This document shows, piece after piece, positions 1 through 13,622 of a stretch of DNA of 64,000 nt (positions are counted from its first letter, which is position 1; the number at the start of each line of letters is the position of its first letter). This DNA comes from Psammoneis japonica (Eukaryota): positions 62,001-126,000 of the forward strand of contig QPGO01000121.1 of assembly GCA_008632985.1 (NCBI GenBank), written 5' to 3'. Position numbers and translations under genes: made by a program. The notes under the pieces are model-generated. The model saw nothing but the letters and a program-made list of their open reading frames with translations. It ran no database searches and was not told where the DNA came from.

Positions 1-682
1 TTGTTTGTAACATAAATTATCTTTTACCTCCCCAACCTAAAGCCTCGTGTTCTAATAGCAAAGCTGTTGAGAGAGTTGTAGGTAAATAAGCAGTCGCTAC
101 ACTCGGTGCCTTGTACCGGAACGACGGTCTACATCAGACCTGGCAACACGGCTGCCTGATTCGTGACTAGCCAGCGTTTCGAAATTCCCGTGACTCATGT
201 TTGAGGATGTGTCCAGCGTTCGCGCTTTCATTTTGCATCTTGTTGGACTTTTAGGCCGTGCTTTGAAGTTGTGACCGACACCATACGCCGGGTCAATCTT
301 CTGCGGTAATGAGTTCCTCCCCATTGGGCGCGCAACAACGAAGGCACACCGTGCAACTAGAAAGCGCGACCGACAGCGACAACGGAAGGGCAAACCGCTG
401 ACGCTCGCACAGATGCAACGTTTCTTACTTGTAGATCCACTGCAGCAGTAGACTTGTAGGAGGGAGACTGCTTCTAGCTAGACTACTACGAGCAGCATCA
501 AGAATTGAGCTAAGGCGCAAAACGAATGCGATGCCGCAATCATTGAGTCGTGCCGCCATCACCGTGTCGTGTCGCGCCGCGCCCCTGCCACGATCATCAG
601 CCGCCGACAGTTGTTGTGTTGCCTCTTTCTTGCAAAGAAATGTTTTTTGGGTTCGACTACACCGCACGGGTTTGTGCAGCTT

Positions 683-1438
683 CTAGGGTCGTGGTTCGTG
701 AGTCAAGTTGAAAAAGACTCCAAAAGAGCCAGGGGGTGAGTTGAAAGACTCTCCACACCTCAGCTGGTGCCGCACAAGAAATGGGTGCTGAGAGGGCATG
801 TTGAAAAGAACACCTCTGCTCCTGAAGTGTGGCTGCACCTCTCTGTCTCTTTTCTTCTTGCTGTTTGTGTTTGCACAGCTCCCATTGACTTTTTTTTTAT
901 CCTGGAATTGCCTTTGCATTTGAATTGAATTTTTTTGCAGTGCTCATTTTTTAAAATGCAAAAATTGTTCACAGCCACACCACCACTCACACCCGATCGC
1001 GCACCAAAAAACGAGAACATCATGCACCGCGATCAAAGCACGATGATGTGATGGCAATGGTTGATGTTTCTCCAAAATGCAGTGGTCTAACCACAATAAT
1101 TTGATGTGCGTGTGACCTTTTACACACAACAAACACAAAATGCATGGGAGTTGGTGGTTGGACCACCTCCTTCCCACAGACTTGTGGCTTGATGTTTTTC
1201 ACTTTCACCATGGTGAAGCACGGTGAAACTCAGAAAAAATCATGCAAATCACAAGCTGTTTAACCAAATTCAAGCTAAAAAAAACAGCAACCAGCTCCCA
1301 TTGAGCTGTGCAAAAACATGCACCAAAAACTTGGGTTCCAAGTGGGCAAATTTCAGGCTGGCAGAGCAAGTTTAAAAACATGCCTGAGCGGCACTGTGCG
1401 CAACAGAGCACACAGCAGCACCATCCTGGTGTCACACC
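683..1438. mobile_element. Unclassified TpA/CpG-depleted repeat fragment, possibly a DNA-transposon end, abutting the truncated 3' LTR of Copia-1
   Basis: Composition switches at about 690 to the TG/CA-rich, TA/CG-poor pattern of the neighbouring retroelements. No recognisable protein motif. It sits where the missing part of the Copia-1 3' LTR should be. Confidence 0.3.
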
Positions 1439-1776
1439 AACAAGTCAATGTCGCCAAAAGGGAATCCTGTGAGGTCTTCCATGCTGCTTCTTGCAGTTGT
1501 TGTGGCAGTCTGTGGCAGCTGTGGTTTGCCTTGGCATCAATGTAAACTGAACAACTGCTGAAATGACAGGCACCTCTTGATGCTGAGTGACAATCATGCA
1601 AACCAAATGATTCACTCCAAAGAGTGAGAGACACTCGCAGGGAATGTGGTGACACTTGTGATCTCATCAGAGAAGAACACTCCATCCAACCACACATCAG
1701 GACCAACATCCTTCTCATTCAACATGTCTGGGTCACATGATGTGACACCCATGTCTCACATTTTGATCTTCCAACA
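1439..1776 (-). repeat. 3' LTR of Copia-1 (outer end truncated)
   Basis: Aligns with 8163-8503 from aacaagtcaatgt..ccaaaagggaatcctg to tctcacattttg..ccaaca. Homology stops abruptly near 1439. Confidence 0.8.
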
Positions 1777-4700
1777 CACACTCCTGCTGCTCCTCGCATT
1801 GATGATCTGACATTCCCTGGCTTCATGATTGCACTGAGGCTTGGCATTGCCCTCTGGCATGCTCATTGCAAATTTGTCAGGTGCGTCAATGCTGTTGTCT
1901 GACAGCTCACACAAAGCGAACATCTGAATTGAGCTGCAATCTTCAAAGTCAAGGGGAGGAGCATGTGTCAAATTTCTTGTTTGCAATCCACCCCACTTGA
2001 TCATCAAAGCTCTTCACATGAGTGCAACAATCATTCTCTCACACTTCCTTGCTGTGCAGACCCACCCAGGTGACAAAATTTCACTTCATTGCAAGCCCAC
2101 TTCTGTCTGGGTTTTGCTTCAACAACTTCATGTTGGAAAAACCATGTCAACCTCAAAGTGTCCAGACAAGAACTGCGCTGTCATCTGTTGTCAAACCAAA
2201 CCAACAATGCATCAAATGGTCATGTCAGTTTGGTGCACATTCCACAAGGGGTCCACATGTTCTGTTCAGGGTCATGCCATGTGGGTGGGACAACTTGCTG
2301 ATGACCATTCCCACAGAAGGTCAATGTCTTCTTTGTCAAGGGCAAGCCGGAGCCTGTTCCCTTTTGACCTCACTGTCATTTCTTCACTGTGCTTGTCAGG
2401 ACAATCCGGGTCAGCGCCCTTTCCACAACATCTGCATCCTTGGATCCAGGTGTGTCCTCCAAGAATCTGCCAATGCTCCTTGGTCTTGTGTGCCACTCAT
2501 GCATGCTCCAGCATCTGGCACAAAACTTCACTTCCTTCACCAAACACAGAGATCATTGGTGAGGCAGCAAACATGTGTTGACATGCTGACAAACTTCACT
2601 TGTCCATCCCTTCTTTTGGTGTCATGTGCAACACCCATCACATTGAACCTCTCTGTCAACAGCTTGTGACATTTTTCTTCAAGTTCTTTCTTGCACTCAT
2701 CTTGCATGCCATCACAAAATTCCAGATGATCTTTCCATCCTTCTCAAATTCCAATGTCAACAATCTCATGTCAACCACCTTGCATGTGCAGGACAAATGG
2801 GTCCATTGGTGTTGACACATCTCCACTCTTTGCAAATCTGCCACATTCTTCCAGCACCTTCTGGGAATCTTGATCTTGGAATTGTTTCTTCTTCTCTTCT
2901 GACAATTCACTCAACTTCTTGAACTTGTCCCAATTGTGTCTTGATCACTGTTTTGCAAGAATGCATCATGTGGCTCCATGCCTTTGTTGATGTGTCCTGG
3001 TTCCTCATTGACAACACCGGTGTGCACAGTTGTCAACATCATGGTTGCTCTGAAGTTGAGCTGTGATTGGTTGAACTGCACGGTTCACCACATCCATGTG
3101 CATCAGAGTTCTTGTCTGACAACACAAACAACATTGATTTGTGCACCCTTGTGCTTGCCTTCTCTTCAGCAGCAGTCCATGATGGCTTGCTTGAACTTGC
3201 TGAACTTGTTCCTGCCCTGCAATGGCTCAGTCATGAAGTTTCCCAACATGTTGTCTGTTGAACAGCACACTGCAATCTAAGGTTGCCCTTCTCAATCTGG
3301 TCTGTTGCAAAAAAGTTGGATGTCGAGTGCTCCAGACCATTTTCCCATGCTCTTGTGCCCATTTGTCTCTGGCAGAACATTGCTCTGATTGTCCTGACAC
3401 AGGACATTCCAGTCAATCAGGTGTTCTTGGTGTCCCACAAACAACTTGGTCCACAGCATCATGGTTGTCACATTGTTGACTCCAACTGGTTTGGCCTCTC
3501 AGCACTGCTTTGGGTGCTCAGCTTCTGGCACTTGGAAATGGCTTGTGCCACACCATCACCCACAGTCATTGCACCTCCAGCGTGGCTTTTGAAATCTGGG
3601 TGCACTGCAAACAATGCACCCGTGCACCACTTGATGACTTGGAGGCATTTTGCACTTCTTTGGTGCAGTGACTTTGGTGCTTGATGAACAGGGCTGGCTT
3701 CTCCCAATCCTTGTTGGCAGGTTCTCTGACTCATGTGCACAGCTGTCCAGGTGTGGATTGTCTGTGCCTTGTCAGTTGGCAACCCACCCACATCACATGG
3801 TGGGTTCTCTCCTGCTGGTGTCATTGCAGCATCTTGGTGTTCTTGAACTTTTCCAGGAACTGGCTGACCATCTTGTGTGTGCAGTTGGTCACATTGATCT
3901 TCACCTTGCCCTTTTTGGTGAAGTCCAGAGTCATCCCCAGGGAGTCACACCTCTTGCCTTGAGCAGCAACAACATCACCACAGCTCCCATGCATCTTGGT
4001 GAGCCAACTCAGGAACATGTCATTAACCTTGGAGACCAATGGGTGTCATCCATGTGAAATCAGATGGTGTGCTGCTTGCCGTTGACTGCGCAGTTGGCAG
4101 TGCACTGATTGCATGAATTGAGCTTAACCCAACTTCTTCAAGTCTTTGCAAAATGATTGGTTGCACCACAGCAGGGATGCAACAAGCATGTTGCATGTTG
4201 CCCTGACAACAACTTGGATTCAGAGGACTCTCTCCCCCCTCTCCATGACCACAGGTTGTCTGCACAGGTTGGGATCAATGCTCACTGGCATGTTGACCAA
4301 CACTCCTGCAATCTTCATCACAATTTGGTCTTGTCACTGCTTGGGCTCTGGCATCTGTGTCTGGATGAACAAGTTTGGCATGTCCACACTCACAATGTCA
4401 TGCCCTTCCATGGCATCAATGATGGTCATCATTGTGATCCCTTCTGGCAATGCCATCAGACTGGCTAACTCATCCATGTCTGGCTGTTTTCTTGTTGGTT
4501 TCCCATTGCAGATGACTCATCCTTTCACACAACCATGTCTTGTTTCTCTGTGAGGAACATTGAGGCTGTCATGGGCCTCTTCCTCTCTGCTGGAGAAATG
4601 TCTTTGTCTCACACTGGTGCACAGCACCCTCTGTCATGGAGCCATCCAATCTCCTTTTCCAACATGTTTTGCCCTTGTTGGCCAAATGCTTTGAGGCCCT

Positions 4701-4986
4701 TGTGCAGCAATTGTTGCAGGGAGGCCAAATGAGGTGCCCTTTCCTGACCAGCCTCAGCCATTGATCTTGCACATGAATTGTGCCATTAACACTCCTGCTT
4801 CTGTGTTGCATTCTGTGCCCTTCTCCAGGTCACTGCTCACACTGGTTTGCAAATGATGGCAGCGCTCAAGTTCAGGCTGTGTCTGTTTCTCTTTTTTGGC
4901 ATCTGCCACTCCTGCAAATTGCACTTTTTGTTCTTCTCTCCATGGTCATTGTGGCATGATGGGATCCACTGCTTCCAGTCTGTTCA

Positions 4987-5094
4987 GGCTCATGTTGGTC
5001 TCTCTGTGGTTTGTTTCCATCCTGTGACATGTTGTGTCATGGCTCATGTTGGTCTCTCTGTGGTTTGTTTCCATCCTGTGACATGTTGTGTCAT
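4987..5094. repeat. Perfect 54-bp tandem duplication inside Copia-1
   Basis: ggctcatgttggtctctctgtggtttgtttccatcctgtgacatgttgtgtcat occurs at 4987-5040 and 5041-5094. Confidence 0.9.
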
Positions 5095-8000
5095 CACGTT
5101 CTTCTTGATCACCGTGTTTGTCTTCTTGACCATCACCATCATCATCATCCTCATGATGCTGGTCTGAACTGGAGACATTTCATCTGCAAGCATGTCTTGA
5201 GCTGTTTCACATTCATCATCAGAGTCTTCTGTTTCTTCCTGTTCTTCATGGTTTTTGTCATCAGTTGTTGCCTTTCTGGTTCAGTTTCCATTTTCTTCAT
5301 CAGCTTCATCATCTTTGTCATCACTTTTGGTGTTGCTTTCTTCTTTGTGGTCCAATCCTGCAGTCCAATCTGCATCGCACAGGTTGTCTCACATTCATCC
5401 ACAAATGCTCAACCACACGCACATGTGTGTCAGTCAGGGAGATTGGGGCACACTCGAAGGGGTTGAGTGACTTGCTCATGTGCAAGTTCACAGTGTGGTG
5501 TCTGCCCTTTGGAATGTCACAGCATGGTTTGAGGCAGACACTGTTAACGCCACATGCATCCCCAGTGTTTGATGGGTTGGGCTTGGTGTGGGGCAGGACA
5601 AATTCTCCAAAACAGCATCCAAGCTGTTTGTCACAGGTGAGGCTCTTTTGTTGCACAGTGGTGTGTGGACTTTGCATGTCTGAGATTCTTTCTTTCTGTG
5701 GGTGCATGTTCAACATGACAGTGTTCTCAATCACGGCATGCTTGCACATCAAAATGGGTGTCATCTTGCATGGCAGGTGGTGCACAGTTGCCCGAGTTTG
5801 CTCTTTGACAGTCTGAATGCTCCTCTCAATTTTGGGAACATGATTGCTGGCTTTTGCAGATGTCAACTCTGGGTCCATGCCATCAGCCACCGCTGCCAGC
5901 ATGTTCTTGAACTCTGGGTCACAATGAAGTCAATCTTGAATGCAGCCACATTGTGCTGTTGCAAGATCATGTCCTGTGCATTGCATGCATTGGCGTGGTT
6001 CTTTTGGACTTTGGTTTCATGCTTGATTGGTGCTTGATTGTTTTGTCCACTGCATGTGGCAGTTTGACTCCACACACTTCCATGATGTCAATGCAGAGTG
6101 TCATGCCTTCCCTCTGCTTCTCTTGTGCATTTCACAGGCGGCAATGCTGTGATGTCGTTCCTCTCATGGGAATGGTGCACACACTTGGCTTTGCCTTTTA
6201 CAGTGCATCTGTTGGTGGGTCCCATGTGCCCACCATTCTTTTCACATCCTCAGGTGCAATGGTCAGATCCTTCACCTGGTTTGATTGTAGAAATGGTGTG
6301 AAGTCATTCACACTTGGGGTTCCAGCTTTGTGGCACAATCTGAGTGCTTGCTCAGCATCAGCCACCTCTCTCTTAGAGCAGCCCTTGGCACTCTGTTCTG
6401 CCACGGGAACTGCCACTCTTGATGTGCCATTGTGCTTCTTCTTGGTCTTGCTCTTCTCATCCTTTGACAACATGCTCACATCCTTCTTGCACTCTGGCAG
6501 ATCTTCAGTGCAGTCAAAGAATCTCAAACTTGGGGCAAACATGTGCAGTCCAATGTTGTTGACCTTGATCACCACAACCTTCTCCCCAGTTTTCTCATCC
6601 AGCAGTCAGAACACATCCACCACTTGGTTGTCACAAGTCACATGGCACTTGTTCTTCATGTCCTTTAAATGTTTGATGTTTGCCACAGCATTGTCTCCCC
6701 ATCCTGGCTTTGTGCAGTCCTTGTCTGGGGCACCCAAAATTGCTCCACATTGCTGGTTGATTGGTCAATCTTGATCCTTGTCAGATGCACATTGTGCACC
6801 AGTTTCCAGCTTGCTGCCATGCCAAGGGAGGAGCCATTGTTGAGGAGAATCTCCTTGGAATCAATGTTTGTGTTCACTTGGTTCATGCTCACCTCTGATC
6901 TCTTGGTGACCAGCTGCAACCCATGCCATGCAGCACCTCTGCTTTTGCTAGAATGGGTTGATCCATTGGAGCTTGTGGTGCTGTCCACCAACAAATCATC
7001 ATCATTTCCACCTTGTGTTTGCATGTGGCTTTGTCAAGCAACACCCAGTTTCTTGCTGGCATTCTTGTGCCAAATGTCACAGGTGGTGACATCCCCTCTG
7101 TGTGATCACAATCTGGGAACTTGTGACCCTTCATTTGCCATGACAGTGACACATCATTTTGTCACTCTGGTTGCTCTGTTGAGCATGACTCTGGTGCTTC
7201 TGCCTCTCTGTTCCAGTGTGTTCCCATTGTTGTCATTGTTCCTGTTGTTTTGGCTGTGGTCATTCCTTGCAGCAATGCTCTGTCATTTGCGTGGATCATT
7301 GTCTTTTAGATGACCAAGCATTGCATTCATTGCCTCATCTGAGGTCTTCAGTTGGGCACCCTCCTTGCCTGGACTGCAGTCTCTCATGAAGCTCTTCTTC
7401 AGGCTCTTGCACTGGAAATGTGCAATCATTGCTGATCTCCATGGACAGATGTGCATCATCCCTCTGTCTTGCATGCAGACTCTTGCATCTCTTTCTGCTT
7501 TGCAGTGTTGACATCCTTGAACTCCTTCCTGTTGGAGATGAGCACACTCAGCATCTTGTCTCCCCCAGCCCTTCTTTGGCGTTGCATCTTGTTGGTTCTT
7601 GAACCTTGACAGGCAGTCATTCAGTGGCTCATTGTCTTGCTGTCTCACAGCTGGGATGTTCTTCAGGGCCCTTGCAAGGGCATTGAATGGGTGCCAACCT
7701 CTGGTTCTCTGTGTTTGACACTGCTTTCACCTGACAGAACAATCTTGGATCCTTCAAATGCTGGCATCTTGCTTGTGAAGTCCTCACACTTCATGTCTTT
7801 GTGGATCTTGCCAGATGTGCACCTTGGCTGCATTCCTTCTCTGCATCTGTCAAACAATCTTTTTTTTTTGACTTTCTTGAGTGTTGCATTTCAGGAAATG
7901 CTGCTCAGTGACAAAGAACAGAATTTTGTCTTGGACTGAAAGTGGTGTTTCTTGGTGTTGGTCTTTGTCTTTTCATTTGTTGACCTGTGACTTCCATCAC

Positions 8001-8162
8001 CTCTGCTGCAAACATGTCCTTGGGCCTGACAGCTTGTCTTGCCAACTCCCCTGCCACTCATTGTGCATGCATTCTGACAACTTGGCATTGGCAGTTGGCA
8101 GTGGTCTTGAAGCAAGTGAGGGCCAAACAAGCACTCCTGACTCTTTGGAGTAAATGTAGAAC

Positions 8163-8503
8163 TAACAAGTCAATGTTGCCAAAAGGGAATCCTGCAAGAA
8201 GGTCTGCTGCTCCACTCGCTGCACTTGTCTTGGCAGTCTGTGGTGGCTGTGGTTTGCCTTGGTGTGTCAATGTAAAATGAGTGACTGCCAAAACAACAGG
8301 TGCCTCTTGATGCCAACAGATGATCATGCAAACCAAATGTGGCTCACTCTGAAAAGTGAGAATGAAACACATGCATGGAGAATGTGGTGCCAACATTGGA
8401 GAAGATTGCTCCAGCCAACCATGTCAGGATCAACATCCTTCTCATTCAACACATTTGGGTCACATGACATGACATCTGGGTCTCACATTTTGGCACTCCA
8501 ACA
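8163..8503 (-). repeat. 5' LTR of Copia-1 (inner boundary may extend to about 8083)
   Basis: Homologous to 1439-1776. Ends ...ccaaca at 8503, followed by CCTGCC. Confidence 0.8.
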
Positions 8504-10490
8504 CCTGCCCCCCAGACAGCAAGAGCTGCTGCAAGGTGCTGGGGGTTGGCGCACCTCCTTGGCATTGTTGCTCCCCCAATGCCAACAGTTTGATGACCAA
8601 GGACACTTTTTGCAGCATTTCAGAGGGCAAAAACAATGGGTGCACACAAGCAACTTCCGGCTCTTCTCATCTGCCAGGCAGAAAGAGAGGGGAGCCAAGC
8701 ACCGCTTTTTGCTCCAAAGAGGAGGCAGTGTGCAAAGCAGCCGGGGGCTCCAAAGTGATTGACAGTGAAGGGGACAATGTGGATGCCAGCATCATGGAGG
8801 GCAGATGCAAGGGTTGCTTCATGTTGAGTTTTGTGTGTTCTGCAGAACTTCCGTTTGGTGCTTGTGTGGTGTGCCTTGGTGTGAGGGTTGAGGATGAGGG
8901 CAGGCAAGCCAGGAGCAGGCAATGGAGGAGGTTTGGGAATGATGATGGCAATCGCAAGGCAGCAGTGGCCAAGAGAGGGGAGGCAGCAGAAGCAGCTGGA
9001 TTGAGCTGGGGACACCTGCATCAGCGAGGCATTTGTTGAGGGGCAAGTGGGGCATGAGGTTGGTGGATTCATGATGGATGGCAGAAGAGTTGGTGCAAAT
9101 GCCAGAGAGGGGGGCAAGGGTGCATCTGAAATGCAGCAAAGAGGGCATCTTGGATGGCATCAGATGTGGTGGTCTTGTGTCCAAGGGATCAGCAACAGAA
9201 AGCATGGTCACCGCAGGGGTCAGCGGCGCCATTGCAGGAGGGGCAGCAGATGGATTCAAGGTGATCTGGGGAAATGGGCAGCCTTGGCTTGCATTGTGGC
9301 ACAAGGCAGAAATGGTCTGAGGCCAGGTGGTGTTGAAGAAAGTGAGCAAGCGAGGGATTGGAGGGAAAAGCTTGCAAGTGGAGAGAGGAGGGATGGGAGT
9401 GCAAGGAGGGCAAGGTGCAGAGGGCCTTGTTGTTGGAGCATCTGCAGTTGGTGGTGAAAGTGGGCATGGTGTGGGGCATGGAAGAGGTTGCAGAGCAGGT
9501 GTGATTTGACAAGGGCGGCAAGGGAGGGCTGAGTGGGGTCAAGCAGTGATGTGGTCGTGGTGGTGCCACAGTGTGTTTGAAGACTTGGCAAAGGCACAAA
9601 GGGCGGTGAGAGGTGGTCCATGTGCAAAGGGAGCGGGCACAAAAGGGAGAGAGTTTGAGGGAGTTGTTGTTGCCAGTGGTGGGCCGTGTGTGGTGCAGCA
9701 CAGGGAACGGGTGTGAGTTGGGGATGAGGAAGTGGATGGCAGCAGAGGTGGAGATGGAGCGGCGCCCGATGCCACCATCGGCACGCGGGGAGGTGGGCAC
9801 ACAAGAAGCAGGGTGTGGGGTGGCAAGCATTGTGATTGTGCTGTCAGGTGTTGCAGGAAGGCATTGCAGTGGCGTTGGACCTCTTGTTGGAAAGGCGAGG
9901 TCCAGGAAGTGAGGGGTGGTGGGGTGTCTGGGTCGAAACTGAAGTGGACGTCTGATGCCAGGAGGTGCGGAAGTGAGGAGATGGCACAAGTGCGGTGCAG
10001 GAAGCTTTTTGTTTGGGAGTCATGCAGGCAGAGGAAGAGAGTCAGTCAAGGTTGGTGCAAAATGTGGATGCTTTCTGGTCGAGGCAAGTGCTGGCAAAGT
10101 CAATGTGCTGCTGCCGATGGGTTGGCCAAGAAGGAAGCGGAGACCGGCGGTGATTTCAGGGCAAAGGGAGTGGGGTTGTTGGTGGGGTTGAGGAAAATAA
10201 GGGCTTCTTGAAGGGTGGTGGCATTTGCTGGAGGCAGCAGCACTTGCTGGAGGCAGGTTGGGCGAGGGGCTGGTGCCGAATGAAGAGGTGAGTGTGCGAG
10301 TCTTGGAGTGGTTGAGGTGCACTCAGTGTGTTCAGCCCAGTTCCTCGAGACATTGCAAGGACAACCATGGCAGTTCCGTGTGTGGCAACCAAATGCTGGT
10401 GTCGTCGATGAGGAAGGCAGTGGACGTGACGTTAGAAGATGGGAGTCATTGGTGTAGTTCGGCATTGAGCTGTTCGAGAACATTGTTTCT
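8504..10490 (-). mobile_element. Degenerate, 5'-truncated non-LTR retrotransposon with restriction-like endonuclease (CRE-like)
   Basis: Minus-strand fragments in the expected order: YTND (YxDD-like, about 10450), LNHSKT, GLRFLLGQPIGS, DGGIGRRS, zinc knuckle CPSCNGAADPCGDHAFCC (about 9190-9250), and REL motif HIVPFTVNHFGAPG (about 8760). Confidence 0.7.
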
Positions 10491-10858
10491 GCCGGGGGGC
10501 ATGTGCATCCGTGCGTCCGGTGAGCCGTGTTGTGCACAGTGCGCGCGCGGGGGCACACGTCATCGCGGTCAATCTTACGAAATCGGCAAACCGCCGAACT
10601 CCACAACGGAAGAAAAGACCAAGAAACAATTCTCAAAATCGTGTACATTCTACGAAGGCCGCTCGTATTACGTAGGCAGAATATGCACTGAACACGTGGC
10701 CATGCATATACTGCGATCTACGTGATTTCTACGCCACGCGAACACCGTTGGCGCAATGCCGAACTTTCGTCATTCCTCCTTTTGAGATTCCATTCCATTC
10801 GCATCATTGTGTGCAACATCAACCTGTTGTTGGAGGGAGATTTGTAACGACAATTGTT

Positions 10859-12553
10859 ATGAGGAAGACAATGAAACGTAGAATATCAACCGATGAATAT
10901 GATCCGTTGAGGGAGTCGAAGCGGCTGGGTATTTGCTTGCCTGTTGATGACGTAATTACAATTTCGCCTGTTGCCGAGGAAGAAGCGAAGAGAAGCATTC
11001 CTACTTTATCGACAATACCGAGGGTTTCCTCTCTTCATGCAATATCATGTAGTTCTTCCGAGGGAGCTTGTAGCGAAGATGAAGAAATGGAAGACCACCA
11101 GTCGTTAGGCGAGGCAGTGATGGAGGCAGGAAATCGTACTCACGAACCTACCAATCACGAATCATCATCATTGTTCACCAAACGTGTGTCCTGTAGTGAT
11201 TTGGAAGAACTGCCAGACAATGTGACGGCTGTAGTGTTTGAAGCCGGACATGGTCATTACGACCGAAACAATAGATGTCAACGAGAGCGACCGCTCCGTG
11301 TAACGAGTGTGATGGAGCACTTGAAGAAATCATCCGAGAATCTTCAAGAAAGGTGTCGGTATTATGATGAGCAAATACCCGGGGAGTCCTCAGCCGAGCA
11401 AGACTTTTTGGACGATGATGATTACTTGCGGGTTCACTTACCTGGGTATATGCAAAGGTAAGAGATTATTTTCCCATCATTTATTAAGCTGAAACAGCTT
11501 GTAAGTTTATCGATGCGTTTTCTGTTTTGCTCATAATTGTACATTCTATTCTTCAGGCTCGACAGATTGTCTACATGTACTTGCTGTGAACGCCTGGATG
11601 ATGAAGCACAGCAGTTTCAGTCTATTTTCTTCACTCCAGAATCCGTCAAGGAAGCCAAGGCTGCTGCTTCGTCTCTGTGTCGCCTCGTGAGTAGCGTGGT
11701 CCAAGGCCACGTGGACAATGGCTTTGCAGTGATTCGGCCTCCAGGACACCACGCGGAGCCTGGCCTAGCGGGTGGCTTTTGCATCATTAACAATGTCGCC
11801 GTGGCGGCAGCCTATGCAAGAGCCAAGCTCGGAATCAAGCGAGTCTTGGTGGTGGATTATGACGTTCACCATGGGCAGTCGACCCAGTCGATCTTTTGAA
11901 GGATCCCAACGTACTGTACTTTTCTGTTCATCGTTGGGAGGGAGGGCGATTCTACCCACACTCGTCTGCCGGAAGTCCAAAAGTTGTTGGAATCGAAGAG
12001 GGTGCGGGATACAATATCAATGTTGGTTGGAGCCGCAAGGGAATGGGAGACGAGGAGTACTTTGCGGTATGGGAACGCTTGCTCATGCCTGTCGCTCAAG
12101 AGTTTCAACCCGAGCTGGTTCTCGTGAGCGCAGGTTTCGACGCTGCCAAGGGAGACATGGGTGAGTTACATTGACGCGCTGAATGAAGTTTGTAGTCATG
12201 TTTCGTTTGCCATTGCTCGTGCTTACAAAGGCTTTTGTTGTTGTGTTGCTACAGGTGAATGCAATGTCTCACCAGAATGCTTTGGCAAGCTAACAGGTCG
12301 ACTCATGTCACTCGCAAACGGAAAGGTGGTTTGCGCTTTGGAAGGTGGTTACTTGCGAAGTATCTTGGGAAAGAGTGTGGAACGCGTCATTGAAACGCTG
12401 TTGTCTCGCGATAGCTGCCAAGAGGAGGAGGAGGCGGATATCGTAGGAGCCGACATTATGAATGACATTGACAAGACTGCAGCCAAGAATATCCGTGACA
12501 CCATTGAGGCTCACAAACCGTACTGGAGATGTCTCAATGATTCAGACCTGTAA
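10859..12553 (+). CDS. Histone deacetylase, class II (HDAC6/HDA-like)
   Basis: Motifs ERPLRV, RPPGHHA, GGFCIINN, DYDVHHG, SVHR, SAGFDA and LEGGY. GT-AG introns at 11458-11556 and 12161-12254. One-base frameshift in a T run near 11896. Confidence 0.9.
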
Positions 12554-12844
12554 AAAAATATGCGGCAACGCTGCCGCTGTGGTTGTGCCTTCCTGGTGCA
12601 CCTACAACGTGCTAAGTTGAAAGTTGGTCTTTTAGCATTCATGCATACCCGTAGCAATAGGCAATGTAGTATTTCATAGCCCTCACAGTAGGTTATACTT
12701 TTATACAGTATAGCATTACACAGCTTACAACAGATTACAACATTCACTTCAAATTTGTACATGACAGCTCTGTTATTGCACAGAACATTACCCATCCCTA
12801 TCCCCGCATACACCCCAACAAACATTCACTGTAGCTCAAGAGCA

Positions 12845-13622
12845 TCAAAAGAAAAGAAACCGACGCTTCCTTTCATGCTTGAGTGGATCCTTACCAACAA
12901 GATCAACATACTGTTGATACGTTAACCGATGCTTGGAACTCTGGTATCGTGTTAGTTTGATCTTTTGCAGCAAACCCTTCCGTACCGGCCCGGAATATCC
13001 AGATTTACGCACCAAGGATACAACAGTCTCCTGCTGGGACCATCTAGTTTTATGAAGAAGAATGTACCATAGAAAGAATAGGTTGAGAGATTGAGAAAGC
13101 CCTGAGCCGGTCTACTCCACCTCCACTCAATAAGAAACCAAGTACGACTCACCCTTGCTCCTTTGCAACTTCCGGGAGATACGTTGCAGAGTATTCAATA
13201 CCCCCTTCGCTGAACTTGATAATAATCCCATGAACGCCAACAACCCAATCATGACAGTCCAATGACTCCTCATAATTGACAAGCAGTGAAACCGCAACCC
13301 TGAGATGCGGGACTTCATCTGTTTTGATGGGTTCGAACCGCCGATCACGGAATGCAGAAGTCAACGCATACTCGCCCACGGCTGTCAGTAGTGGTCGCGG
13401 ACTCAGCGTCCCGATACAACCTCGTAACTCGAAATTCTCGGATGCAAATCGCCGTTTATCCCAGGTAACAAACAGGGGCGCTTCCGCCGCTGGAGGTATG
13501 GTGTCAGCAAAGAGTGGTCGACTCTGTTGTTGTCGCTGCTCGCTACTGAATCGTTTGCTCCTACTGGACGAGGATGAAGGTGCTAACTCATTGACCAAAA
13601 CATCAAAGCAATAGTGGCACAT
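12845..13622 (-). CDS. AMMECR1-domain protein
   Basis: Motifs PLFVTW, LRGCIGT, SAFRDRRF and ATYLPEVAKEQGW. Intron at about 13045-13152. Exon 2 reads WSQQETVVSLVRKSGY...TRYQSSK...FLFF*. The true start may lie up to about 100 bp upstream. Confidence 0.9.

Larger units (their letters stand above)
1439..8503 (-). mobile_element. Degenerate Ty1/Copia LTR retrotransposon (diatom CoDi-like), Copia-1
   Basis: Diverged LTR pair at 1439-1776 and 8163-8503, both starting TGTTGG on the minus strand. Purine-rich GAGGAGCAGCAGGAG precedes the 3' LTR. Gag starts MSGRGVGK near 8061. Integrase fragment HVPKIERSIQTVKEQTRA near 5800. RT fragments TLTIVSVDMPNLFIQT and KVNDMFLSWLTKMHG...LGMTLDF. RNase H fragment VHPDFKSHAGG...KLSTQSS. 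Many frameshifts. Confidence 0.9.

Noticed and set aside
97..667. Short minus-strand ORFs at the window start
   Set aside because: No recognisable domain. Cannot be supported without upstream context.
683..10500. Dozens of overlapping Cys/His-rich ORFs in all six frames, also at 14600-19660 and 31000-38130
   Set aside because: By-product of TAA/TAG loss in hypermutated TEs. Only frames with retroelement motifs are meaningful.
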